Source: a virus (Duplodnaviria; Caudoviricetes). Taken from it: a stretch of 64,000 nucleotides of DNA. Shown here one piece after another: positions 26,864 through 35,440 of the stretch. The translations under genes were made by a program, and so were the position numbers. Location of the stretch: the IMG/VR virus record IMGVR_UViG_3300033177_000258. One strand, written 5' to 3'. The notes under the pieces were generated by a model. That model was not told the DNA's origin. It ran no database searches and worked only from the letters and a program-made list of their open reading frames with translations. Position 1 is the stretch's first letter. Each line of letters starts with the position of its first letter.

Positions 26864-28642
26864 ATGCAGCTTGACCTCTTCGGAGAGAAGAAGCAACTCA
26901 CCTATACTTTCACCCACCACACCGTGGTGCTCAACCCGGTCGAGCCAGACCTCATCAAACTCACCGGGGGCCGCGTCACTGCTGCTGGTTTGGAAGTCCC
27001 CTACTTCCGCTGGCCCGAGGTCTCCAAAGCATTGGGCTTCGGGCTCCCCCAGGTAGACCAATTCCTTGGCGTCCTGAGCTCTGCTAAGCAGCAGGCGCCG
27101 GATGGTCTCAGCATCCCCCAGACCCCCTTCTACCACCACCAGAAAGTCGGCATCAACTTCATGTACTCAGCCCTGTCGTCCATGGGCTATGTGGCCAACC
27201 ACGACGAGCAGGGGCTGGGCAAGACCCTCCAGGCCATCGTGACGGCCGACATGGGCCGTGTGGCCTGGGGCGCCAGCAAGGTGTTGGTGCTGTGCCCGGC
27301 CTACCTGGTGCGCCAGTGGGCACGCGAAATCATCAAGTTCTCGTACAGCCCGGTGCTGGCTGTGCCGGGGGATTTCGAGGCTAAGCGCAAGGCGGAGTAC
27401 CTGGGGACGCTGGGCTACATCACCAGCATGGACAACAAGCGCCGGCTGCGCTGGGAGAAGGGCGAACCCTACTTCGTTGTGATGGGCTACGACAGCCTGC
27501 GCAGCAAGCCGATGCTGGCGGCCGCGCTGTCCCATACCTGGGACCTGGCCATCCTGGACGAAATCACCTGCGCCTACAACTACAAAACCCAGCGCGGCAA
27601 GGGTACCCGGTGGGTTCTGGGCCGAGCTCTCAAGCGCATCGGCCTGACGGGTACGCCCGTCATGAACCGCCCTATGGATGTTTGGTCGGAACTCGACCTG
27701 CTGTCGGGCATGGCCCCGCCTGAGCCCTGGTTCGTGGACCGCTACTGCGTGGTGCGCAAGACCAATGTGGAACTCAAGGGGCGGCAGGACGCAGACGGCA
27801 ACCCGGTCAACATTGACATCAGCTACATCAAGGGCTGGAAGAAGCGCAAGACGCCCGAGCTGGCTCCCGCCATCGAGCGCGTGAGCATCCGGCGCCGGCG
27901 CGCTGAGGCGACAGACCTGCCTCCCATCCAGTACCGGGTCTTGACGGTTGAGCTGGCCGACAAGCAGAAGTCTGCCTACAACAGCATCGCCGAGAGCGGC
28001 ATGGCGGTGGTGGGGAACTGTCAGATAGACGCTACCAGCAGCGACCTGACGAAGCTGACGTACCTGCGCATCGCGGCCGATGGTCTGCAGCACTGGGGGG
28101 TTCGCGCCAGCGGCAAAGCCGACGCGGCCCTGGAAATGCTCAAGGACAGCGAAGGGACCCCGACGCTCGTCTTCACGGCGTTCGAGAAGCTGGCTCACGA
28201 CATCTACGAGCGTGCCTGCAAAGAGGGTCTGCGCTGTGGCATAGCCACCGGGGAAGAGACGGCACAACAGCGCGACGAGGTGATGGTGGCGTTCCAGGAC
28301 CGGCAGGAACTTGACGTGGTGGTCACGACATACCAGGCCACCCAGTTCGGGCTCAACCTGCAGCGGGCGGAGCACGTCATCCTCTGCGGTATGATGTACA
28401 ACCCGAAGATGATGGAGCAGTCCATCACTCGCGCCCACCGTCTCGGCGGCTCCAGCAAGACGCTGGTGACCCTGCTGCTGTCGGAGGGCACCGTGGACGA
28501 CCATATCTTCAACAACATCATCGGGGACAAGGCCGAGCTCATTGAGACGCTCAAGGTGGCCGGAGACATCGAAGCCATGATGAAGCAAGAGCCGCAAGCC
28601 TACATCCCCGAGCCCAAACGGAAGCGAAAGACCAATGGGTGA
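26864..28642 (+). CDS. SNF2-family (SF2) helicase
   Basis: DEQGLGKT, LCPA, ILDE, LTGTPVMN, GLNLQ, EQSITRAHRLG. Confidence 0.9.
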   Translation: MQLDLFGEKKQLTYTFTHHTVVLNPVEPDLIKLTGGRVTAAGLEVPYFRWPEVSKALGFGLPQVDQFLGVLSSAKQQAPDGLSIPQTPFYHHQKVGINFMYSALSSMGYVANHDEQGLGKTLQAIVTADMGRVAWGASKVLVLCPAYLVRQWAREIIKFSYSPVLAVPGDFEAKRKAEYLGTLGYITSMDNKRRLRWEKGEPYFVVMGYDSLRSKPMLAAALSHTWDLAILDEITCAYNYKTQRGKGTRWVLGRALKRIGLTGTPVMNRPMDVWSELDLLSGMAPPEPWFVDRYCVVRKTNVELKGRQDADGNPVNIDISYIKGWKKRKTPELAPAIERVSIRRRRAEATDLPPIQYRVLTVELADKQKSAYNSIAESGMAVVGNCQIDATSSDLTKLTYLRIAADGLQHWGVRASGKADAALEMLKDSEGTPTLVFTAFEKLAHDIYERACKEGLRCGIATGEETAQQRDEVMVAFQDRQELDVVVTTYQATQFGLNLQRAEHVILCGMMYNPKMMEQSITRAHRLGGSSKTLVTLLLSEGTVDDHIFNNIIGDKAELIETLKVAGDIEAMMKQEPQAYIPEPKRKRKTNG

Positions 28643-29605
28643 CGCTGCCGCCTAAGCGGCTTCTCGCTTGCGCGAGCTACGTGCTGGGCGTCCCCCGGAA
28701 CTACCTGGAGCGATGACCCCAGGATACTTGTAGGTCCAGACGTTGGGCACGTCACAGCCTGGAACAAGCGCACCTTGACTCCCGATGCAGCGGATGTTGG
28801 CGGAGCCTACCACGTCACGTGGGGCGGTGAAGCCACACTGCTTGCAACGGTAGGTCCGCTGGCACTTGTTCCTAGTTCCGCAAACGGGACACGTTTGGGA
28901 ACTGTACGCCTCGCCTACGGTGATTGCTCCCGCAGTCTTGTAGTCGAGTTGCGTAATGAGCCTGCGGTTGCAGGCTTGCGATACTTGTTGGGTAGTCTTT
29001 CGAGACATCTTCTGGGACGCGTCATTGAACGGCTCACCGACGTAGCACTTGGCACCAGGGAAGGTGTCGGCGACGATGCGGGTGGCCTTGTGGGTGAGGT
29101 CTTTGACGCGATTCTCGCTCTTCTTCAGCAGCTTACGTTTACGGCGCTGGAGTCTGCCATACTGGCGAGAACCCCGGTGACAGTTCGACTGCTTGCCGCT
29201 GAGCGACGCGAGACGCTTGTTGCGCCACTGGACCGTGGCTTTGAGTTCGCGGCCCGAGACGAGCACGGCAGTCTCGCCGTCTGTGGCGGCGAGGAGGGTG
29301 TTGACACCAAGGTCTATGCCGAGGGTGGGGCCGCCTGATTGCAGAGCCATTTCGCAGTCCCATATAAGCTCCAGTTTGCCGTAGGACAGGCGAGCCTCCA
29401 TGAGGCGGCCAGCGGGCCATAGCATACGGCGCGGGATACGGATAAAGAGCGCCCCGGCACTTCCGTTAGGGAGCCTCAATTCGTAGCCGTTGATGTTGGT
29501 AACGGCTTGATTGGTGTAGATGATGTCGTGGAACTCGGGTTTGCGCCAAGGGTACTTGACTTCACGCCCATTGCGGCGCAGGGCGGCCGCAGCTCCAACA
29601 AAATA
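28639..29605 (-). mobile_element. tnpB: 5'-truncated tnpB element (IS200/IS605-derived) with intact omega-RNA end
   Basis: GIDLG, HKAT, SSQTCPVCG...CKQCG...RDVVGSANI; no proper N-terminus; ends GGCAGCGTCAC; TCAC also at the left junction. Confidence 0.82.
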
Positions 29606-29618
29606 GGTGAGATGCCCA

Positions 29619-30140
29619 ATGATGGATAATGTACCTGCCGATGTGGACCTGGTGGAGAGCGGCGCGACCTGCCCCATGTGTGGCCGAGCCACCCGCGTAC
29701 TGCTTAGCTGTTCTCTCTGTGAGACGGAAGTGTGCGAGCTTTGCATGGTGGGGCACTCAGCCCGCCACGCTCTAGAGAGCGCGCAGAACCCGGTGCCGGC
29801 AGGCTACCTGGTGCCGCGCCCCATCTGGGCAGCCATGGTTCACAAGACCCACCCCGACGTGGTGGTATGTTCTTCAAGATTCTCTGCAGCACTTTCCCCC
29901 TTGCATGTTCTGGACGGACCTGCTATTATGGGTGAGGTCGCAACGGGGGCATCCAAGCTGTACCAGGTGGCGACCATCGTTGCGCCTAACGTGGATGATG
30001 GGCCGGAGTTCATTGGAGCCTGCGAAGTCATGGCCAGCGACACGTTCATCGTAACACGCACCGCAGAACCAATCGAAGGCTATACGCAACAACAGGAGCA
30101 CGACGGATGGTTTCTTCTAAAGAGGGAGCTTGCCCCCTAA
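29619..30140 (+). CDS. Hypothetical protein with N-terminal zinc finger
   Basis: CPMC..CSLC..CELC..H. Confidence 0.55.
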   Translation: MMDNVPADVDLVESGATCPMCGRATRVLLSCSLCETEVCELCMVGHSARHALESAQNPVPAGYLVPRPIWAAMVHKTHPDVVVCSSRFSAALSPLHVLDGPAIMGEVATGASKLYQVATIVAPNVDDGPEFIGACEVMASDTFIVTRTAEPIEGYTQQQEHDGWFLLKRELAP

Positions 30141-30925
30141 CCGACGCCCAGCGGCTTGAGGTCTTCAGGCGCTATCACAAACCGCTTGTGGACTGGGCCA
30201 AACGCTTCCGTGGTGCCTCAATGGACATGGAAGACCGGGAGGCTGAGGCTCTCTGCGTGCTGTGGGAGTTCTCCGCACAGTACGACCCCAACCGCTCAGA
30301 CACCTTCTTCGCTCTCTGCACCAAACCTCTCGGCGAGCGTCTCCTGAACGCCCCGCGCAACAACGAAATGGGCGAGAGCGCCCGACAACGGCGCTACGTT
30401 CGCCGCGCCATGGCTCTCCTTTCCGAGGAAGAGCTGGCGCTGCCCCTCGGCGAACTGGTCCCCATCCTGATGAAGAAGCTCAAGTGCGACAAGGACTCCG
30501 CGTTCTCCGTGTACAACATCATCGTCTGCGGCAACGCGATGATGGGCGAGCTCGATGACGCTAAGGGCGTCGGCCAGCGAAATACGGAGACCGACCGCTA
30601 CGTCGAGAACGATTTTGCCGCGCTCTGCTTCACTGAGGCTCAGCGCCAGCTCTGCCGCTACAAAGGTCGCACCGACTGCCCTTACTGCAACGAAGCCGTC
30701 CGATACCAGTGCCCGTTCTTCTGCCTGCTCTACGCCATCGGGGCTGATGGTTGGTGGTGCGACGGCGACCGCAAGACAGGCGAGGGCATGGAGGCAACGC
30801 GCAAGGACGAGGACGAAGCGGCGAAGCAGTTGGGACTGGACCCGGCCGCCTACCGGGCGATGGTCGCCAAGGCGCGTCGGGTCATGGGGGAAGTCCAGAG
30901 GGCGCTGGCAGGCGAGCAGATATAG
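30107..30925 (+). CDS. Phage sigma-70-like RNA polymerase sigma factor
   Basis: Region 2-like LVDWAKRF....MEDREAEALCVLWE....YDPNR..TF; C-terminal HTH (EAAKQLGLD...YRAMVAKARR). Confidence 0.7.
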   Translation: MVSSKEGACPLTDAQRLEVFRRYHKPLVDWAKRFRGASMDMEDREAEALCVLWEFSAQYDPNRSDTFFALCTKPLGERLLNAPRNNEMGESARQRRYVRRAMALLSEEELALPLGELVPILMKKLKCDKDSAFSVYNIIVCGNAMMGELDDAKGVGQRNTETDRYVENDFAALCFTEAQRQLCRYKGRTDCPYCNEAVRYQCPFFCLLYAIGADGWWCDGDRKTGEGMEATRKDEDEAAKQLGLDPAAYRAMVAKARRVMGEVQRALAGEQI

Positions 30926-30934
30926 GCTGTTGCC

Positions 30935-32041
30935 TTACTGGCAACTCGCAGCTAGCCCAAGTACAGCAGCCGCCGCGTATGGCTGACCTATAGCAGCCCT
31001 GCGGCCGATTTCGACCGCAGCGAAGTGGTCGGCCGGCCCAGCGAGACCGCACGACACACAGAGAAACTGGTCGCGAGTAGGACGGTTCGCCTTCGCGACA
31101 TGACCACACCCAGGACAAGTCCGACTGGTGTTCCTGGGGTCTACCTTGACAAACGGCACGCCCGCCAAAGCAGCTTTGTACTCGACAAACGAGGCCAACT
31201 GCCAGAAGCCCCAAGAGTGAAGTGCGCGACGCTGTGCCTTGCGAACCGTTACCCGCTCGCGGATTCCCGTCAGGTCTTCTACGGAAATGCCACGCTCGGT
31301 GCCTTTGGCTTTCGCGACTACATGATTGGAGACTTCATGGTTGACGTGGCGCCCGAAACGACTCTCTCGTCCGCTTTGTTGCTTGAGCCGGCGCGTGGCC
31401 GACCTTGTGCCTTTGCTCTGGAGCCTGGCTCGCAATGACGCATGACGGCGGCGCAAGCCGTTGACTTCGGCCCCGCTGAAGTTCTCGCCATCGCTGTCGG
31501 TAGCTATGTTGACGACGCCCATGTCTACGCCGAGCCAGTCTTTAGGCTGCCCGCGCGGTGGCTCTGGAATGTCAACGACGACGCACAGGTAGAAATGTCC
31601 ATTGCGAAGTACGAGGTCCGCCTGGCCTCTGACGCCGTAAGCAGTGATGCGGTCGTGGGCGTAGCCATAGACAACCACCGGCATTTTGAGCCGGCCGGAG
31701 ACTGACAAGATAGACACTGTATCCAAGCTCCTGAACGAGAGGTTCCGTTGGTCGTAGACGACCGAGCCGTGGGGCTTGAACTTCGGTTGCTTCTTTTTGT
31801 CGCGCTTGAGAGCCTCGCAAACTTTCGCGATGGCGCGGACAGCAAGTTGGGCCGGCAAAGAGAACCGTTCTCGGGCTTCCTGGTAGGTAAGACGGTGCAC
31901 GATATTGCGGTTGGCAGAGCCGTTCTCGTAGGCTACACCGGCAATCCAATTACACGCCGTATTGAACGACTCCATGGTATGGACCAGAGCCTGATGTTGG
32001 TCGGCTGACGGCGCGAGTTTTAGCTGCAATGTGGTGTTCAT
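30935..32041 (-). CDS. tnpB: RNA-guided endonuclease TnpB, intact
   Basis: GVDMG, VEDL, TSRTCPGCG...FLCVSCG...ADHFAA; RuvC D-E-D intact. Confidence 0.93.
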   Translation of the reverse strand: MNTTLQLKLAPSADQHQALVHTMESFNTACNWIAGVAYENGSANRNIVHRLTYQEARERFSLPAQLAVRAIAKVCEALKRDKKKQPKFKPHGSVVYDQRNLSFRSLDTVSILSVSGRLKMPVVVYGYAHDRITAYGVRGQADLVLRNGHFYLCVVVDIPEPPRGQPKDWLGVDMGVVNIATDSDGENFSGAEVNGLRRRHASLRARLQSKGTRSATRRLKQQSGRESRFGRHVNHEVSNHVVAKAKGTERGISVEDLTGIRERVTVRKAQRRALHSWGFWQLASFVEYKAALAGVPFVKVDPRNTSRTCPGCGHVAKANRPTRDQFLCVSCGLAGPADHFAAVEIGRRAAIGQPYAAAAVLGLAASCQ

Positions 32042-32110
32042 CGGGTAGAAGTATCCCGTGGTGTGCCGGGTTGTGTTTGAAGTTTTTCATCAAACGATTG
32101 GGGAAGTCGT

Positions 32111-32734
32111 ATGAAGTGGGTCGGGCTTGATTGGGATTGGGTCACGGGCGACTGTGCCCTGCTGCTTGACCATACCGTTGCCTGTGCCAGGATGTGTAGG
32201 TTCTGCGCCGGCAAGTTCGAGTTTGGGCGCGGCATCCGGGACCCGCAGGACGAAAGCTGGAAGCCCAAGCTGGAAGCCATCCGGGCCAAGCTGCACGAGT
32301 TGCGCATCATCCCTCCCATCATCATGCGGGACAGCCATGCCCAGATTCTGAGCCATGTTGAACGCGGGGATGTTGTTTACCACATTGACGAACACGACGA
32401 CTGGCCCTGGCACAAGTTCATGTACGACCTGGACTCGGAGGACGGCACAGACGACGGCATGAAGCGAGCCATTATGGAACACAGCCGTCTGGGTAGCCGC
32501 CGGCCCTGGTCTTACCCAACCTGTGCTAATTGGCGCAGTATCGCCCTGCACAAGGGTGTAGACACCTTCCAGTCTGAGCCCTGCGAAATCCGGGATGGCT
32601 TGACCTGCCGCCTGTTCGTGTGTCGCTCTGCACCGTATACCTCGGCCGACCTTGACGGCAAGCTGCTCGAACTCGTGACGGGTCTCGGGCTTCCGATTGA
32701 CCTCTACTTTGGACCTGATGGTAGGAGAAGCTGA
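32111..32734 (+). CDS. Hypothetical protein (arginase/UPF0489-like metal motif)
   Basis: LDWDW, DSHA, HIDEHDD, CRSAPYT. Confidence 0.5.
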   Translation: MKWVGLDWDWVTGDCALLLDHTVACARMCRFCAGKFEFGRGIRDPQDESWKPKLEAIRAKLHELRIIPPIIMRDSHAQILSHVERGDVVYHIDEHDDWPWHKFMYDLDSEDGTDDGMKRAIMEHSRLGSRRPWSYPTCANWRSIALHKGVDTFQSEPCEIRDGLTCRLFVCRSAPYTSADLDGKLLELVTGLGLPIDLYFGPDGRRS

Positions 32735-33720
32735 TGCTTTACAAAATGTACAAGCCGAAGAACTTTGCCGACATGCTGGGCGACGCACCGGCTTTGGTGC
32801 ACGCCATCGCCAACCGCAAGCGCGCCGGCTACAACGTTCATGCGCTACTCTTCTACGGTCAGAAGGGGACGGGCAAGACTGCCTCGGCCCAGATACTGGC
32901 TCGGGCCCTGAACTGCGAGAAATACGACGAGGCCATCGGCCCCTGCAACGCCTGCAACGGTTGTCGGCTCTCGGAGAACGAGCCCATACTCCACCAGTTC
33001 GACGCCGCCGCCATGTCTGGCGCCGAGCAGGCGCGCGAGGCCACCGCGTCCATGCGCTCCATCCCATCGGGTCGGAATGTCACGTACATCTTCGATGAAG
33101 CGCACAACATGTCGGACAAGGCCAAGGACGTACTACTGCTCCCCATCGAGGACCCCCGCGACCGCTTGACCATCGTGCTCTGCACCACCGAACCTCAAGC
33201 CATCAAGGACACCATCTTCAGCCGCTGTGCCCGCGTCGCGTTCCATGCTGTGCCGGCCGACCAACTCTCCGGCCTGGCCCGGCGCGTTCTGGCTGAGCAG
33301 GCGCCCGCCCTGCAGTACACCGACGCTGACATCGAGCGGGTCGTGACCCTATCGGGCGGCAGCCCCCGCGACCTGCTGTCGCTGCTGGAGACCCCCATCG
33401 CCGTGGGTTCCATGAGCGCCGCCTTGAACAACCTGGGGACGCCTGTGGCTGATGACCTGCTCCGCAACCTGCGGACTGGCGACCTGATGGCGGCTGCCAA
33501 GCTGATGCGGGACCGCCGCAATGAGTTCAGCAACCCCGTCCAGCAGTTGACCGAAATCTTCGGCAAGCTCGTGGACGAGTACGAACAGACCAAGGACCCT
33601 ACCATCGGGCGCGGAGCCGATGCGCTGATGGAGGGGCTCGTGAAAGCCGGCCGCGTGGGCAACAAGGGGCTTGCCTCGTGGCTTATCCACTACGCGCTCC
33701 TGGGAGCCGCTACGCGCTAA
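32734..33720 (+). CDS. dnaX: DNA polymerase III gamma/tau-like clamp loader
   Basis: LYKMYKPKNFAD, GQKGTGKT, ARALNC..PCNACNGC, FDEAH, CTTEP, SRC, GSPRD. Confidence 0.9.
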   Translation: MLYKMYKPKNFADMLGDAPALVHAIANRKRAGYNVHALLFYGQKGTGKTASAQILARALNCEKYDEAIGPCNACNGCRLSENEPILHQFDAAAMSGAEQAREATASMRSIPSGRNVTYIFDEAHNMSDKAKDVLLLPIEDPRDRLTIVLCTTEPQAIKDTIFSRCARVAFHAVPADQLSGLARRVLAEQAPALQYTDADIERVVTLSGGSPRDLLSLLETPIAVGSMSAALNNLGTPVADDLLRNLRTGDLMAAAKLMRDRRNEFSNPVQQLTEIFGKLVDEYEQTKDPTIGRGADALMEGLVKAGRVGNKGLASWLIHYALLGAATR

Positions 33721-33998
33721 TGTCTAGAGTACCCGAGTGGGAACCCAAGCGCCTGACGGCCTTTGAGAAGGCCCTCATCGCTACCGGCCGCGCCCACATC
33801 GCCTTCGACATGGTGATGAAGCGCTGTGACGTGGAAATCAGACTGCTATGCACCGAGACCCAAAAGGCAGTGGCTATCCGCACCGTGGCCACCCAGTGCA
33901 TGAACAAGGTCGGTCTGTACCACAAGCTGGGCAAGTCTTGGGACGAAGCCCATGACGCGCTCTGCGACCTACTGAGGATGCCTCATGCCACCCGCTAA
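33720..33998 (+). CDS. Hypothetical protein
   Basis: ORF translationally coupled to dnaX. Confidence 0.5.
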   Translation: MSRVPEWEPKRLTAFEKALIATGRAHIAFDMVMKRCDVEIRLLCTETQKAVAIRTVATQCMNKVGLYHKLGKSWDEAHDALCDLLRMPHATR

Positions 33999-34620
33999 GG
34001 CCCGCTGCAAAATCATCACAGGTGACCCCGCCGCCATCGAGGGCTACATCATCTTCCACGGTCTCATGCGAGTGGGGCCCGAGGAAGCTATGGAGCTGAT
34101 GGTCTGCAACTTGGCACCACCCAACCTGGCTGTGGTGGGGTCATCCAAAGAGGTCGCGTCTGTGGGACGCCGGCGTCTCTCTCACATACCGCTGGTCCTG
34201 TGTTGCGCTAAGCCGGGGGACGAGCTCAAGAAGCTGGGCATGCTGGAAGAGCTCAAGAAGCCGAAGCCGGGGCCGGCCCTGGCGCAGAAGTGGCTCAAGA
34301 AGTACGGGCTCGACAGCCGTTACGTGCCCTACCTGCAGCACCTGGACGAGCTCAACCTGAACGCCGCCATCCTCTCCGGGTTGGCCACCGGGCGCTTCGA
34401 CATCGTGCCGCCCATGCCCACCCCAGAGGCGTTCCACCAGGCCCTGCGCACCGGGACCCCGCTCCCTGACGGTTGGCAGAAGATGGAACACCTCTACTTT
34501 GCTCTGTCCTACTTCGACGGGCTCTCTCCGCGCGCGGCCCGCATCCTGAGCGTCGCCCCTGACCTGCCGCTTGACCTGCTGGGGGTCATGGCGACATATG
34601 TCCACAGAAGGTTCGGATAG
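33985..34620 (+). CDS. Hypothetical protein, possibly a clamp-loader delta-like subunit
   Basis: 211-aa ORF; suggestion rests on position next to dnaX only. Confidence 0.45.
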   Translation: MPPAKARCKIITGDPAAIEGYIIFHGLMRVGPEEAMELMVCNLAPPNLAVVGSSKEVASVGRRRLSHIPLVLCCAKPGDELKKLGMLEELKKPKPGPALAQKWLKKYGLDSRYVPYLQHLDELNLNAAILSGLATGRFDIVPPMPTPEAFHQALRTGTPLPDGWQKMEHLYFALSYFDGLSPRAARILSVAPDLPLDLLGVMATYVHRRFG

Positions 34621-34622
34621 CC

Positions 34623-35195
34623 ATGTCTGCCGCATACCACTTCAAGACCCAACACCCGGCCATCCGCGAATGGGAGCAACGCTTCGCTCTACGCCTGGCC
34701 CAGATGGACATTCTCTTCGGATGTCTCAAGCTGCTGGCGGTTGACCACATAGATGACCGTGAGCTCAACAAAGCATACGGCGACCTGCTGGTCTGGTACC
34801 GCTCACTCAAAGACACTCGGGTGGACTACATGGTGGCCGACCTGAAGTGCGACATCTGGGAGCTGCGCAACCGGGAGACCGGCAACCTGGCCATCGAGAC
34901 CGGGACGACCTACCCCGATGGCACCCACGTGCCTCGGAACCTCGACATGATGGTCTGGCACTGGCGTGCGCTGGATGACACGGTGTACCTCTACGTGCCG
35001 TCACGGTTGGACCTGACGGGTAAGCCTACCATTGACACCGTGAACAAAGACAATACCGGGCAGGAGCTCTACCGCTCCCACAATGCGCTGTACCCTGCAG
35101 CCCAACTCTGCGTCCCCCGCATCACTGGCTTCTTCGGGCAGTCTTGGGCTGGCGAGACCACGCGCCTCAAGGAAGAGACAAAGGACTGGGCCTGA
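34623..35195 (+). CDS. Hypothetical protein, PD-(D/E)xK-like
   Basis: VDY..ADLKCD....TGNLAIE pattern. Confidence 0.5.
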   Translation: MSAAYHFKTQHPAIREWEQRFALRLAQMDILFGCLKLLAVDHIDDRELNKAYGDLLVWYRSLKDTRVDYMVADLKCDIWELRNRETGNLAIETGTTYPDGTHVPRNLDMMVWHWRALDDTVYLYVPSRLDLTGKPTIDTVNKDNTGQELYRSHNALYPAAQLCVPRITGFFGQSWAGETTRLKEETKDWA

Positions 35196-35321
35196 AATGA
35201 GCGATATAGTTGGAGAGCTTCTTCTGAGAGAGGCCGAACTGTATTCGCAGCAGGTGTTGGCAGGGAGTAAGCCGGTTGCTTCCATGCAGTTCCACTCTAG
35301 ACATCTGGACGCGGTAACGGA

Positions 35322-35403
35322 GCAGGGCTGCTATAGGTCAGCCATACGCGGCAGCGGCCATATCGCTAGCTGCGAACCCTGGGGTTGCACCATGGTAGTT
35401 GAC
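35322..35403 (+). ncRNA. Orphan TnpB omega-RNA cassette, cognate to TnpB 30935-32041
   Basis: GCAGGGCTGCTATAGGTCAGCCATACGCGGC...GCTAGCTGCGA matches the 3' end of that tnpB; ends GGTAGTTGAC. Confidence 0.8.
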
Positions 35404-35440
35404 CAAGAGCTGGGACACCGGCGCAAGGGAGTGTTGTTGG

